A program made the translations under genes and the position numbers. Below are positions 35,923 through 47,117 of a DNA stretch of 64,000 bases, one piece after another. Where the stretch lies: contig CAMHEL010000003.1 in assembly GCA_946184125.1 (NCBI GenBank), forward strand, positions 4,489 to 68,488. The letters are read 5' to 3'. This stretch comes from an uncultured Prevotellaceae bacterium. GTDB lineage: Bacteria > Bacteroidota > Bacteroidia > Bacteroidales > Bacteroidaceae. The notes beneath the pieces are model-generated. The model was not told where the DNA came from, ran no database searches, and saw nothing but the letters and a program-made list of their open reading frames with translations. Position 1 is the first letter of the stretch; each line of letters opens with the position of its first letter.

Positions 35923-38076
35923 ATGAGCAAGTTCAACAATAAAAAGGTCATACCACGCTACAGCTACATCGCCGCCTTGATGACCATCTTAGGCATCTTG
36001 GTAGTCGTCAAGGCCATTTACATCATGACCGTGAGACACGACTACTGGATGGAGGTGGCAAAACAGAAGAAATTCGACTCGCTGACGGTTAGCCCCAACC
36101 GAGGCAACATCCTCAGCGATGATGGCGAACTGATGGCAAGCTCACTACCCGAATACAAAATGTACTTTGACTTCAAGGTGGGCGGCGAGAAAAAAGACTC
36201 GCTGTGGAGAGTCAAGGTCGACAGCATCTGCATGGGCCTGCACGACATCTTCCCTGAGAAATCGGCCGAGGATTTCAAGCGCGACCTGGAGGAGGGACAT
36301 GCCAAGATGAGCCCACACTGGTCCATCTGGCCCAAGCGCGTCGACTACAACACTTTCCAGCGGGTGAAGAAACTCCCCGTCTTCAATCTCCCCAAGCTCA
36401 AGGGTGGGTTCCACTACGAGGAGAACAACGCACGCCGCAGACCTTTCGGCACCCTGGCTTACCGCACCGTTGGCGACATGTATGGTGCGAAAGACAGCGC
36501 ACGATTCGGCCTCGAACTGTCGTACGACAGCATACTACGCGGCAAGCAAGGACGCATCCACAAGCGCAAGGTGATGGACAAGTTCGTCAGCTTCGTCGAT
36601 GAGGCACCTACCGACGGATACGACATCCAGACCACCATCAACGTGCAGATGCAGGACATCGCCGAGAAAGCCGTGGAGGAAGAGCTCAAACTCATCAACG
36701 GTGATGTCGGCGTGGCCATCGTCATGGAGGTCGCCACGGGCGACGTCAAGGCCATCGTCAACCTCGAGAAGGGCAGCGACGGGCAATACCGCGAGATGCG
36801 CAACCATGCCGTCGCCGACCTGCTGGAACCCGGCTCGGTGTTCAAGACAGCATCGGTGATGGTGGCTCTCGACGACGGCGTGGCCGACACCTCGCGCATC
36901 GTCGACACCGGGAACGGACAGTACAAGATGTACACCGCACAGATGAACGACCACAACCGTGCATCGGGAGGCTACGGCCGCATCACACTCAGCCGGGCAC
37001 TGCAGGTGAGTTCCAACATCGGCATCAGCCGTGTCATCGACGAGAGTTACCGCTCCAACCCCGAGCGCTTCGTCGAGGGACTGCACAGGGTGGGCATCGC
37101 CGCCGACCTGCAGATACCCATCACCGGAGCCACCACGCCGAGGGTGAGGATGCCGAAGCGCAACTCACGCGGACAGTTCACCAACTGGAGCCGCACGACG
37201 CTGCCATGGATGAGCATCGGCTATGAGACACAGATACCACCCATATCCACACTCGCTTTCTACAACGCCATCGCCAACGGAGGACGGATGATGAAGCCGC
37301 GCTTCGTCAAACGAGTGCTCTGCGAGGGCGAGGTGGTGAGCGAATACCAGCCTGAAGTGCTCAAAGAGAGAATATGCAGCCCCACGACCCTCGCCAAGGT
37401 GCAGGACATGCTGCGAAAAGTGGTCACACAGGGCACGGGAAAGAAGGCACGCTCGGAGTCTTTCGCCGTCGCAGGAAAAACCGGAACGGCGCAAATCTCG
37501 AAAGGACACGGAGGCTACAAGAGCGGCGTCATGCACTACCTCGTCAGCTTCGTCGGGTACTTCCCCGCCGACGAGCCGCGCTACAGCTGCATCGTCTGCC
37601 TGCAGAAGCCCGGACTGCCCGCATCGGGAGGAACCATGAGCGGATGGGTCTTCCACAACATCTCGGAGGGCATCATGGCTCACAACCTCAACATGGACAT
37701 CGAGCACGCACGCGACAGCGTGAAGTCGAGAACACCATGGGTGATGAACGGCAACCTCGGCTCGGCAAGCGTCGTCCTCGAGCACCTCGGATACCGCACA
37801 CGCAACAAATGGGCAACCTCAAACGGCATTTACCCCTTCTGGGGACATGCCACACACTCGGGAAATGAGTACACGCTGACGCAGACACTGCAGGAGGGCG
37901 ACAACGTGATGCCAAGAGTGGTGGGCATGGGCGCACGCGACGCTGTATATGTGCTCGAGCACTTAGGACTGCACACACAACTCAAAGGCAGGGGAAAGGT
38001 CATCGCACAGAGCATACACCCTGGCGTGAAGGTGCAGAGCGGTTCGCTATGCATGCTCCAACTGGAATACGATTAA
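35923..38076 (+). CDS. ftsI: Peptidoglycan D,D-transpeptidase FtsI (class B PBP) with a C-terminal PASTA-like domain
   Basis: Transpeptidase motifs SVFK (SxxK), SSN (SxN) and KTGT. It occupies the expected dcw position. Confidence 0.9.
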   Translation: MSKFNNKKVIPRYSYIAALMTILGILVVVKAIYIMTVRHDYWMEVAKQKKFDSLTVSPNRGNILSDDGELMASSLPEYKMYFDFKVGGEKKDSLWRVKVDSICMGLHDIFPEKSAEDFKRDLEEGHAKMSPHWSIWPKRVDYNTFQRVKKLPVFNLPKLKGGFHYEENNARRRPFGTLAYRTVGDMYGAKDSARFGLELSYDSILRGKQGRIHKRKVMDKFVSFVDEAPTDGYDIQTTINVQMQDIAEKAVEEELKLINGDVGVAIVMEVATGDVKAIVNLEKGSDGQYREMRNHAVADLLEPGSVFKTASVMVALDDGVADTSRIVDTGNGQYKMYTAQMNDHNRASGGYGRITLSRALQVSSNIGISRVIDESYRSNPERFVEGLHRVGIAADLQIPITGATTPRVRMPKRNSRGQFTNWSRTTLPWMSIGYETQIPPISTLAFYNAIANGGRMMKPRFVKRVLCEGEVVSEYQPEVLKERICSPTTLAKVQDMLRKVVTQGTGKKARSESFAVAGKTGTAQISKGHGGYKSGVMHYLVSFVGYFPADEPRYSCIVCLQKPGLPASGGTMSGWVFHNISEGIMAHNLNMDIEHARDSVKSRTPWVMNGNLGSASVVLEHLGYRTRNKWATSNGIYPFWGHATHSGNEYTLTQTLQEGDNVMPRVVGMGARDAVYVLEHLGLHTQLKGRGKVIAQSIHPGVKVQSGSLCMLQLEYD

Positions 38077-38102
38077 AATACGCTATATAAACAGAAAACA
38101 TC

Positions 38103-39569
38103 ATGATACTGAGTCAGTTACTCAACAACATCAAGCCTACCGCCATCGTAGGAGATACCGGCATCGACGTGAGCGGCGTATGCATCGACTCACGCCAGGT
38201 AAAGCCAGGCTTCCTCTTCATCGCCGTCAGAGGCACACAGACCGACGGGCACCAGTATATCGGGAAAGCCGTGGAACTGGGCGCCACCGCCATCGTCTGT
38301 GAGACAATCCCCGATGAGACCGCCGAGGGTGTCACCTACGTCGCGGTGACATCGACCGAAGCAAACACAGGCATCATCGCCACCACCTTCTACGGGAACC
38401 CCTCCACACGACTGCATCTCGTGGGGGTGACAGGCACCAATGGCAAAACCACCATCGCCACCTTATTATATAATATGATGCGGGCCATGGGGCACAAGTG
38501 CGGACTCCTCTCCACGGTGTGCAACTACATCGACGGCGAGGCTGTGCCTGCCACACACACCACACCCGACCCCATCCAGCTCAACCAGCTGCTGGCACGC
38601 ATGGCCGACGCCGGATGCGAGTACGTGTTCATGGAGTGCAGCAGCCACGCCATACACCAGCATCGCATCGGGGGGCTGCGCTTCGAGGGAGGCATCTTCA
38701 CCAACCTCACACGCGACCACCTCGACTACCACGGCACGTTCGAGAACTACCGCGATGCCAAGAAGGCGTTCTTCGACAGCCTCCCAAAAGGCTCCTTCGC
38801 CATCATCAACGCCGACGACAAGAACGGCATGGTGATGGTGCAGAACACGAAGGCCACGGTGAAGACCTACTCCACACAGCGCATGGCCGACTTCAGGGCC
38901 CGCCTGCTCGAATGCCATTTCGAAGGCATGTACCTGGAAATCGACGGACGGGAGGTAGGCGTCCAGTTCATCGGGAAGTTCAACGTGAGCAACCTGCTCG
39001 CCGTCTATGCCACGGCACGGATGCTGGGCAAGCAGCCCGAGGAAATACTCGTCGTGCTCAGCACGCTGCACAGCGTGAGCGGGCGGCTACAGCCCGTACA
39101 CTCACCCGAGGGATTCACCGCCATCGTCGATTACGCACACACGCCCGATGCGCTCGACAACGTGCTCAGAGCCATCCACGAGGTGCTCAACGGCAAGGGC
39201 AAGGTCATCACGGTGTGCGGAGCAGGAGGCAACCGCGACAAGGGCAAACGGCCACTCATGGCACGCGAGGCGGTGAGACAAAGCGACAAGGTAATCATCA
39301 CCAGCGACAATCCTCGCTTCGAGGAGCCGCAAGCCATCATCGACGACATGCTCGCCGGACTCACCCCCCAGCAGGCACGAAAGGTGCTCACCATCGTCGA
39401 CCGACGCGAGGCCATCCGCGCAGCATGCATGATGGCACAGCGTGGCGACGTGGTGCTCGTGGCGGGAAAAGGACACGAGGACTACCAGGAAATACGCGGC
39501 GTAAAGCATCATTTCGACGACAGGGAGGAACTCCAGAAAATCTTCGGCATAACGGCCGACGGAGAGTGA
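38103..39569 (+). CDS. murE: UDP-N-acetylmuramoyl-L-alanyl-D-glutamate--2,6-diaminopimelate ligase
   Basis: Mur ligase P-loop [10 protein letters not shown]. The DNPR motif (SDNPRFE) is present. Confidence 0.93.
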   Translation: MILSQLLNNIKPTAIVGDTGIDVSGVCIDSRQVKPGFLFIAVRGTQTDGHQYIGKAVELGATAIVCETIPDETAEGVTYVAVTSTEANTGIIATTFYGNPSTRLHLVGVTGTNGKTTIATLLYNMMRAMGHKCGLLSTVCNYIDGEAVPATHTTPDPIQLNQLLARMADAGCEYVFMECSSHAIHQHRIGGLRFEGGIFTNLTRDHLDYHGTFENYRDAKKAFFDSLPKGSFAIINADDKNGMVMVQNTKATVKTYSTQRMADFRARLLECHFEGMYLEIDGREVGVQFIGKFNVSNLLAVYATARMLGKQPEEILVVLSTLHSVSGRLQPVHSPEGFTAIVDYAHTPDALDNVLRAIHEVLNGKGKVITVCGAGGNRDKGKRPLMAREAVRQSDKVIITSDNPRFEEPQAIIDDMLAGLTPQQARKVLTIVDRREAIRAACMMAQRGDVVLVAGKGHEDYQEIRGVKHHFDDREELQKIFGITADGE

Positions 39570-39616
39570 GCCTACCAGTCAACCACTAAGATTAGAATCA
39601 CAAAAACCCAACAACA

Positions 39617-40888
39617 ATGCTATACTACATCTTCAGATTTCTTGAGCAGTTCGACATCCCTGGCGCACACATATGGCACTACATCTCGTTCAGAGCGTTG
39701 GCGGCTCTCATCCTCTCGCTCATCATCTCAGCATGGTTCGGCGAGAAATTCATCGTCTACATGAAGCGCAAGAACTACTGCGAAGTGCAGCGCGACAGGT
39801 CGATAGACCCCTTCGGCATTCAGAAAAAAGGAGTGCCCTCAATGGGAGGCATCATCATCATCGTCTCCATCCTCTTGCCCATCCTCTTGTTCGGGCGCAT
39901 GCGCAACATCTACCTCATCCTCATGATTGTCACCACGGCATGGCTGGGTCTCATCGGCTTCATCGATGACTACATCAAGAACTTCAAGAAAGACAAGGAC
40001 GGCTTGAAACCAAGGTACAAGCTCATCGGACAGGTGGTGCTCGGCCTGGTGGTGGGACTCACACTGTGGGCCAGCCCCGATGCGACAATCAACCAGACCA
40101 CCATTGTGGAGAAGACCGATGGCAACAGCCTCGTCACACACAAGTCGGAGCCAGAGAAATCGACCATCACCACCATCCCATTTGTCAAGAACCATAACCT
40201 CGACTACTCGAAGCCCTTCGAGTTCCTCGGCAACTACAAGCATGCTGCCGGATGGGTGCTCTTCGTCATCATCACCATCCTCGTGGTGACTGCAGTGAGC
40301 AATGGTGCCAACCTCAACGACGGCATGGACGGCATGCTCGCGGGCAACTCCGCCATCATAGGAACGGCGCTCGGCGTCTTCGCCTACGTCAGCAGCCATA
40401 TTGAATTCGCATCTTACCTCAACATCATGTACATCCCTGGGTCGCAGGAACTGGTGGTCTTCTTCTTCGCCTTCATCGGCGCCATGATTGGCTTCCTGTG
40501 GTACAACTCATACCCCGCGCAAGTGTTTATGGGCGACACAGGATCTCTTATGATTGGAGGCATTATCGGCGTGGGAGCCATCATCATCCACAAGGAACTG
40601 CTGCTGCCCATCCTCTGCGGCATCTTCTTCGTCGAGAGCCTCAGCGTGCTCATGCAGCAAGGCTACTTCAAACTCATGAAGCGAAAGGGAAAGCGCGTGC
40701 GCATCTTCCGTGCAGCACCCATACACGACAACTTCAGAAAACTCGACAGCCAGCTCGACGAGAACAGCCACTACATCCTCAGGAATTGGCCAAAACGGCA
40801 GTTCCACGAGACGAAAATCACCGTGCGGTTCTGGATTACCTCCATCATCCTGGCTGCCATCACCATCATCACGCTCAAGATACGCTGA
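39617..40888 (+). CDS. mraY: Phospho-N-acetylmuramoyl-pentapeptide transferase
   Basis: Polytopic protein. Motifs GFIDDY, NLNDGMDG and MGDTGS. Confidence 0.93.
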   Translation: MLYYIFRFLEQFDIPGAHIWHYISFRALAALILSLIISAWFGEKFIVYMKRKNYCEVQRDRSIDPFGIQKKGVPSMGGIIIIVSILLPILLFGRMRNIYLILMIVTTAWLGLIGFIDDYIKNFKKDKDGLKPRYKLIGQVVLGLVVGLTLWASPDATINQTTIVEKTDGNSLVTHKSEPEKSTITTIPFVKNHNLDYSKPFEFLGNYKHAAGWVLFVIITILVVTAVSNGANLNDGMDGMLAGNSAIIGTALGVFAYVSSHIEFASYLNIMYIPGSQELVVFFFAFIGAMIGFLWYNSYPAQVFMGDTGSLMIGGIIGVGAIIIHKELLLPILCGIFFVESLSVLMQQGYFKLMKRKGKRVRIFRAAPIHDNFRKLDSQLDENSHYILRNWPKRQFHETKITVRFWITSIILAAITIITLKIR

Positions 40889-41024
40889 GCGGTCTGAACC
40901 ACCGGGTTGTGAAACCCCACGCCCCAAAAAGGCTTTCCCTATAAGGGACAATTGATTGGAATACACTTACGACAACACACATTAGCAAGAATAATATTAT
41001 TAATTGATTGATTGACAATAGAAT

Positions 41025-42362
41025 ATGGAAAAGAAGAAAATAGCCATACTGGGTGCCGGTGAGAGTGGAGCCGGCGCCGCTGTCCTGGCCAAGCAGAAAG
41101 GGTTCGACGTGTTTGTATCCGACATGTCGGCCATAAAAGACAGATACAAGACCCTGCTCGACAACCACGGCATAGAGTGGGAGGAGGGGCATCACACCGA
41201 GGAACGCATCCTCGACGCCAACGAAATCATCAAAAGCCCCGGCATCCCCGACACGGCACCCGTCGTGGCCAAAGCCATCGCAAAGGGCATACACATCATC
41301 AGCGAGATAGAGTTCGCAGGACGGTACACCGACTCCAAGATGATTTGCATCACCGGAAGCAACGGAAAGACCACCACCACGTCGCTCATCTACCATATCT
41401 TCAAGTCGGCCGGATACGACGCCGGCCTTGCCGGAAACATCGGCCGCAGCCTGGCACTCCAGGTGGCGGAGGACCCGCACGAGTACTACATCATCGAACT
41501 GAGTTCCTTCCAGCTCGACAACATGTATGACTTCCGCGCCAACATCGCCATCCTGCTCAACATCACCCCCGACCATCTCGACCGCTACGACAACTGCATG
41601 CAGAATTACGTCGACGCGAAGATGCGCATCATCCAGAACCAGACGAGCGACGACAGCTTCATCTACTGGAACGACGACCCCATCATCCGACGGGAACTGG
41701 AGAAATACGACATCAAGGCCATACAGTACCCCTTCTCCGCACTGAAGGAGCATGGCTCCATCGGATACATCGAGGAAGGCAAGTACTGCATCGAGCGGCC
41801 AACGCCCTTCAACATGGAGCAGGAGGAGCTCAGCCTCACCGGAAAGCACAACATCTACAACTCACTTGCCGCCGGCATCGCCTCCAACATCGCCGGGGTA
41901 CGCAAGGAGTATATCCGCAAGAGCCTCAGCGACTTCCCCGGTGTGGAGCACCGGCTGGAGCGTGTCGCCACCGTTCGCGGCGTGCTCTACGTCAACGACT
42001 CGAAAGCCACCAACGTGGATGCCTGCTGGTATGCCCTCGAAAGCATGACCACGCCCACCGTGCTCATCGTCGGAGGAAAGGACAAGGGCAACGACTACAG
42101 CGTCATTTTCGACCTGGTGCGCCAGAAATGCCGCGCCGTGGTCTTCCTCGGTGCCGACAACACGAAGCTCCATGACAACTTCGACAACCTCGGCGTCACC
42201 ATACGCGACACACACAGCATGGCCGACTGCGTGGCAGCATGCTACGAACTCGCACAGCCTGGCGACACCGTACTTCTCAGCCCGTGCTGCGCAAGCTTCG
42301 ACCTCTTCAAAAACATGGAGGACAGAGGCGAGCAGTTCAAATCACTCGTAAGAGCACTCTAA
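41025..42362 (+). CDS. murD: UDP-N-acetylmuramoylalanine--D-glutamate ligase
   Basis: Motifs ILGAGESG and ITGSNGKTTT. It occupies the expected dcw position. Confidence 0.93.
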   Translation: MEKKKIAILGAGESGAGAAVLAKQKGFDVFVSDMSAIKDRYKTLLDNHGIEWEEGHHTEERILDANEIIKSPGIPDTAPVVAKAIAKGIHIISEIEFAGRYTDSKMICITGSNGKTTTTSLIYHIFKSAGYDAGLAGNIGRSLALQVAEDPHEYYIIELSSFQLDNMYDFRANIAILLNITPDHLDRYDNCMQNYVDAKMRIIQNQTSDDSFIYWNDDPIIRRELEKYDIKAIQYPFSALKEHGSIGYIEEGKYCIERPTPFNMEQEELSLTGKHNIYNSLAAGIASNIAGVRKEYIRKSLSDFPGVEHRLERVATVRGVLYVNDSKATNVDACWYALESMTTPTVLIVGGKDKGNDYSVIFDLVRQKCRAVVFLGADNTKLHDNFDNLGVTIRDTHSMADCVAACYELAQPGDTVLLSPCCASFDLFKNMEDRGEQFKSLVRAL

Positions 42363-42381
42363 CAAGCACAAACACCACAAC

Positions 42382-43650
42382 ATGAAGTTTTCCATCAGCA
42401 ACATTTTCAAGGGCGACAAAGTCGTGTGGATGATTTTCCTCTTCCTATGCGTCATCAGCCTCATCGAAGTGTTCAGTTCGAGCAGCACCCTCACCTACGA
42501 CAAGACCAACTACTGGGCTCCGCTCACCAAGCATGGTGTCATCCTCGCCGCAGGGGTGGTGCTCATGGTGGTGGTGCAGAACATCGACTGCAAATACTTC
42601 AAAGTATGCACCATCTTCCTGCTCATCATTTCGCTCATCACCCTGCTATGGGTGCTCGTGGCGGGGCAGGTCACCAATGGCGCACAGCGGTGGATGTCGA
42701 TACTCGGAATTCAGTTCCAGCCGTCGGAGATAGCCAAAGGAACCATCGTGCTCGCCGTGGCACAAATCCTCAGCGCCATGCAGACCGACGAGGGAGCAGA
42801 GGAAAAAGCATTCAGCTATGTCCTCACCATCGCATGCCCGCTCATGTTCCTCATCATGCTCGAGAACCTCTCCACAGCAGCCCTCATCGGCATGGTGGTG
42901 GTGTGCATGATGTTCTACGCACATGTGTCGCTGAGGAAAATCGGCAAGCTCATAGGCATCGTGGCTTTGTTCGGCGCTTTCGGACTGGCATTCATCCTTC
43001 TCGTGGGAAAGACGCAAGAGGCACCCGACGGGAAGAACAGCCTCACGGAGCAGACAACGGCGGCAGCGGCGAAAAACGAGAGCTCACTGGAGAAAATCTT
43101 CCACCGCACTGGCACATGGAAAGGACGTATCCTGAAGTTCCTCAGCAGCAACGACGTGCCACCCGAGGAGTTCGACCTCGACAAGGACGCACAGGTGGGC
43201 TATTCCAACATCGCCATCGCCTCGTCGGAGGGCGTGGGGAAAGGGCCAGGCAACTCAGAGATGCGCGACCTGCTCCCACAGGCATTCTCCGACTTCATCT
43301 ACGCCATCATCATCGAGGAACTGGGACTGGCAGGGGGCATCTTCGTCATGTTCCTCTACATCTTCCTCCTCTGGCGCGCAGGACGCATCGCCGACCGATG
43401 CGCCAACAACTTCCCCGCCTTCCTGGTGATGGGGCTCGCATTGCTCCTCGTCTTCCAGGCCATGTTCAACATGATGGTCGCCGTGGGACTCGCACCCGTC
43501 ACAGGCCAGCCGCTGCCACTCATCAGCAAGGGAGGCACGTCCACCATCATCAACTGTATCTACATCGGGGTCATTCTCAGCGTCAGCATCTCGGCTAAGA
43601 AAAAAGATGTCAGAACAACCTCCGACAGTGCAGCCCCTGCCACAGTGTAA
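42382..43650 (+). CDS. ftsW: SEDS-family peptidoglycan glycosyltransferase FtsW
   Basis: Polytopic protein. Blocks QPSEIAK, DFIYAIIIEELG and PLPLISKGGTS. Confidence 0.9.
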   Translation: MKFSISNIFKGDKVVWMIFLFLCVISLIEVFSSSSTLTYDKTNYWAPLTKHGVILAAGVVLMVVVQNIDCKYFKVCTIFLLIISLITLLWVLVAGQVTNGAQRWMSILGIQFQPSEIAKGTIVLAVAQILSAMQTDEGAEEKAFSYVLTIACPLMFLIMLENLSTAALIGMVVVCMMFYAHVSLRKIGKLIGIVALFGAFGLAFILLVGKTQEAPDGKNSLTEQTTAAAAKNESSLEKIFHRTGTWKGRILKFLSSNDVPPEEFDLDKDAQVGYSNIAIASSEGVGKGPGNSEMRDLLPQAFSDFIYAIIIEELGLAGGIFVMFLYIFLLWRAGRIADRCANNFPAFLVMGLALLLVFQAMFNMMVAVGLAPVTGQPLPLISKGGTSTIINCIYIGVILSVSISAKKKDVRTTSDSAAPATV

Positions 43651-43712
43651 CCAATAGAAGAAAAGGGCGTCAAAAAACACCTGAAAAATTACGGTAAGAG
43701 AAAAAAAAACGC

Positions 43713-43720
43713 TAATTTTG
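43713..43720 (+). promoter_or_regulatory. -7 promoter box TAATTTTG inside the dcw cluster, upstream of murG
   Basis: TAnnTTTG match in the 87-bp ftsW-murG gap, 18 nt upstream of the ATG at 43738. Confidence 0.35.
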
Positions 43721-43737
43721 CAGTTTAAAACAAGAAT

Positions 43738-44865
43738 ATGAGCCAACCACTAAGATTCATCATCAGCGGAGGCGGCACGGGAGGCCACATCTTCCCTGCC
43801 ATATCCATTGCAAATGCCATAAAAGCACTTGAGCCCGATGCAAAAATACTTTTCGTGGGAGCAGAGGGAAGGATGGAAATGCAGCGCGTGCCTGCTGCCG
43901 GATATGAGATCAAAGGCCTTCCGGTGAGCGGATTCGACCGCAAGCACCTGCTACGAAACATCGCCGTGCTGTGGCGACTGTGGAAGAGCCAGCGCATGGC
44001 GCGGCGCATCATCCGCGACTTCGCACCACATGCAGCAGTGGGTGTGGGAGGATACGCCAGCGGACCCACGCTCAACCAGTGCGCAGGCATGGGAATACCG
44101 TGCCTCATCCAGGAGCAGAACTCCTTTGCCGGAGTGACGAACAAACTGCTCTCCAAGAAAGTGCAGCGCATCTGCGTGGCATACGACGGCATGGAGCGAT
44201 TCTTCCCCGCCGATAAAATCGAGAACCTGGGCAACCCCGTGCGCCAGGCTCTGCTCAATTACGACAAGACACACGACGAGGCAGCAACGGGACTGGGACT
44301 CAACCCCGCCAAACCCATCATACTCATCGTCGGAGGAAGCCTCGGAGCAAGGACACTCAACGAGAGCGTCCTGCAGCACCTCGAGAAAGTAAGGCAGAGC
44401 GACGTGGAAATACTGTGGCAGACCGGAAAATACTACCACGACGAAATCAAGGCACGGCTCGCAAAGGAAGCACCGGTGCCCAACCTCCATGTCACCGACT
44501 TCATCAGCGACATGGGTGCAGCATACAAGGCGGCCGACCTCGTGGTGAGCCGTGCAGGAGCAGGAAGCATTTCCGAATTCTGCCTCCTCGCCAAGCCCGT
44601 CATCCTCGTCCCCTCGCCCAATGTGGCTGAGAACCACCAGTACCACAACGCCATGGCACTGGTGAAGAAAGACGCAGCCATATACGTTCCCGACGCCGAT
44701 GCATGCAACATACTCCTCGACACCGCACTGCAAACCGTCGCCGACAAGGAGAAGCTCAGCAGCCTGAGCCAAAACATCCTGCAACTGGCCAAGCACCGCT
44801 CGGCAGAGGAAATCGCCGTCAGAGTGATAGAAATGGCAAAGAAACAAGCTCAAAAGGGTAAATGA
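43738..44865 (+). CDS. murG: Undecaprenyldiphospho-muramoylpentapeptide beta-N-acetylglucosaminyltransferase
   Basis: Motif SGGGTGGHIFPA and the C-terminal block SRAGAGSISE. Confidence 0.93.
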   Translation: MSQPLRFIISGGGTGGHIFPAISIANAIKALEPDAKILFVGAEGRMEMQRVPAAGYEIKGLPVSGFDRKHLLRNIAVLWRLWKSQRMARRIIRDFAPHAAVGVGGYASGPTLNQCAGMGIPCLIQEQNSFAGVTNKLLSKKVQRICVAYDGMERFFPADKIENLGNPVRQALLNYDKTHDEAATGLGLNPAKPIILIVGGSLGARTLNESVLQHLEKVRQSDVEILWQTGKYYHDEIKARLAKEAPVPNLHVTDFISDMGAAYKAADLVVSRAGAGSISEFCLLAKPVILVPSPNVAENHQYHNAMALVKKDAAIYVPDADACNILLDTALQTVADKEKLSSLSQNILQLAKHRSAEEIAVRVIEMAKKQAQKGK

Positions 44866-46238
44866 TGGAAGCAAAAAATATCAAGTCAGTCTATTTCATT
44901 GGTGCCGGCGGCATCGGCATGAGTGCCATCGCACGGTACTTCCTCCACCAAGGTCTCACCGTGGCAGGCTACGACAAGACACCGTCGGCACTCACCACAC
45001 GGCTCGAGGAGGAAGGCATGCTGCTGCATTACGACGACAGCACCGACCTCATCCCCGAAGCATGCCTCCAGCGCGAGAGCACACTCGTGGTGTACACACC
45101 CGCCGTCCCCAACGACCACAGCGAGCTGACCTATTTCCGCGAGCACGGTTTCGAAATCCAGAAGCGTGCCCAGGTGCTCGGCACACTGACCAACACGCAC
45201 AAGGGGCTCTGCGTGGCTGGAACACACGGCAAGACCACCACCTCGTCGATGTGCGCACACATCATGCACCAGAGCCATCTCGACTGCAACGCCTTCCTCG
45301 GAGGCATCGTCAAGAACTATGGCACCAACCATATCCTCTCGTCGAGCGACTACGTGGTCATCGAGGCCGACGAATACGACCGCTCATTCCACTGGCTCCG
45401 GCCATGGATGACCGTCATCACCGCCACCGACCCCGACCACCTCGACATCTACGGTACGAAGGAGGCCTATCTCGAAGGTTTCCGCCACTACACCACCCTC
45501 ATCCAGCCCGGCGGGGCACTCATCATCCACACCGGACTCGAGATGCAGCCAGCAGTGGCCGACGGCGTGGCGACATACACCTACAGCCGCGACGAGGGTG
45601 ACTTCCATGCCCAGAACATCGTCATTGCCGACGGAGAAATATCATTCGACCTGGCATCGCCCATCGAGACCGTCGAAGGCATCCAGCTCGGGCAGCCCGT
45701 GCCCATCAACATCGAGAATGCCGTAGCCGCCATGGCCATGGCACAGCTCTGCGGATGCACTGCCGACGAACTTCGCAGCGCTATGGCGACCTACGAAGGC
45801 GTGGAGCGCCGCTTCGACTTCAAGGTGCGCGACAAGCGCCATGTGGTGCTCAGCGACTACGCACATCACCCCACGGAAATCATGCAGAGCGCCAAGAGCC
45901 TTCGCGAACTCTACCCACACCGCAAGCTCACCACGCTCTTCCAGCCACACCTATACACACGCACACGCGACTTCTACCTCGAGTTCGCCGACAGCCTCAG
46001 CCTCCTCGACGAGGTGGTGCTCTGCGACATCTACCCCGCACGCGAGGAACCCATCGAGGGCGTTACATCAAAACTCATCTACGACCACCTCAAGCCTGGC
46101 GTGGAGAGACACCTCATCAAGAAGGCCGACGTGCTCGACTACGTCGCATCACGCGACTTCGACGTGCTCATCATACTCGGGGCAGGCGACCTCGACAACT
46201 ACACCGACCAGATAGCCGACATCATCAAGACCAAGTAA
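44862..46238 (+). CDS. murC: UDP-N-acetylmuramate--L-alanine ligase
   Basis: Motifs FIGAGGIGMSA and AGTHGKTTTS. Overlaps the murG stop. Confidence 0.93.
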   Translation: MMEAKNIKSVYFIGAGGIGMSAIARYFLHQGLTVAGYDKTPSALTTRLEEEGMLLHYDDSTDLIPEACLQRESTLVVYTPAVPNDHSELTYFREHGFEIQKRAQVLGTLTNTHKGLCVAGTHGKTTTSSMCAHIMHQSHLDCNAFLGGIVKNYGTNHILSSSDYVVIEADEYDRSFHWLRPWMTVITATDPDHLDIYGTKEAYLEGFRHYTTLIQPGGALIIHTGLEMQPAVADGVATYTYSRDEGDFHAQNIVIADGEISFDLASPIETVEGIQLGQPVPINIENAVAAMAMAQLCGCTADELRSAMATYEGVERRFDFKVRDKRHVVLSDYAHHPTEIMQSAKSLRELYPHRKLTTLFQPHLYTRTRDFYLEFADSLSLLDEVVLCDIYPAREEPIEGVTSKLIYDHLKPGVERHLIKKADVLDYVASRDFDVLIILGAGDLDNYTDQIADIIKTK

Positions 46239-47063
46239 ATGTACATCAACTGGAAAAAGACAGTCTTTGTGGCGCTCGACATCGTCCTGGCAGCCTACAT
46301 CGTCCTGGCGGTGACTTCGTTCAACCGGCCCGACAGGTCGGGCATCAACTGCACACGCGTGCAAATCACCATTGCCGACAAGGACTCCAGCGGTTTCCTC
46401 AGCGCACTCGAGGTGAAAAGACTCCTCACAGAGAAAGGACTATACCCAAAAGGCAAGAAACTCGACGACATCAACCTCAGAGCCATCGAGAACACCCTCA
46501 AGGCCAACACCTTCATCGACAACGTGCAATGCTACAAGACAGAGGACGGCAACGTGGGCATCACCGTCACACAGCGCCTACCGCTACTCAGGGTGAAGAC
46601 CGACAGCGAGGACTACTATCTCGACACCGAATGCAACATCATCGAGAACGGGCGATACACCTCCGACCTCATCATCGCCACAGGCAACATCAGCAAATGG
46701 TATGCACAGAACTATGTCGCACCGGCAAGCAAGCACATCATGGAAAGTGAACTGTGGAAAAACCAGGTGGAGCAAATCAACATCCTCCCCGACAAGAACA
46801 TGGAGCTTGTCACACGCATCGGACAGCACATCGTGTGCCTGGGACGCTTGCCCGAGAACAACGACAAGACACGCCGCGAGAGAGCCATCAAGCGATTCAT
46901 CGACTTCAAACTCGCAAGGCTCGACAAGTTCTACCAATATGGCCTCAACCAAGTGGGCTGGAACAAATACGACTACATCGACATGGAGTTCGACAACCAA
47001 GTCATCTGCAGGAAAAGCAAGCACAAGCACAACGAAGCAGCAGAACAAGAAGAAGAACTCTGA
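46239..47063 (+). CDS. ftsQ: Cell-division protein FtsQ
   Basis: N-terminal TM segment plus a POTRA-like region. It lies between murC and ftsA and starts directly after the murC stop. Confidence 0.8.
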   Translation: MYINWKKTVFVALDIVLAAYIVLAVTSFNRPDRSGINCTRVQITIADKDSSGFLSALEVKRLLTEKGLYPKGKKLDDINLRAIENTLKANTFIDNVQCYKTEDGNVGITVTQRLPLLRVKTDSEDYYLDTECNIIENGRYTSDLIIATGNISKWYAQNYVAPASKHIMESELWKNQVEQINILPDKNMELVTRIGQHIVCLGRLPENNDKTRRERAIKRFIDFKLARLDKFYQYGLNQVGWNKYDYIDMEFDNQVICRKSKHKHNEAAEQEEEL

Positions 47064-47117
47064 AACCCTCACAACAACTACAAACCCATCGTAAAAACAA
47101 CATAGCATATCAGCAAT

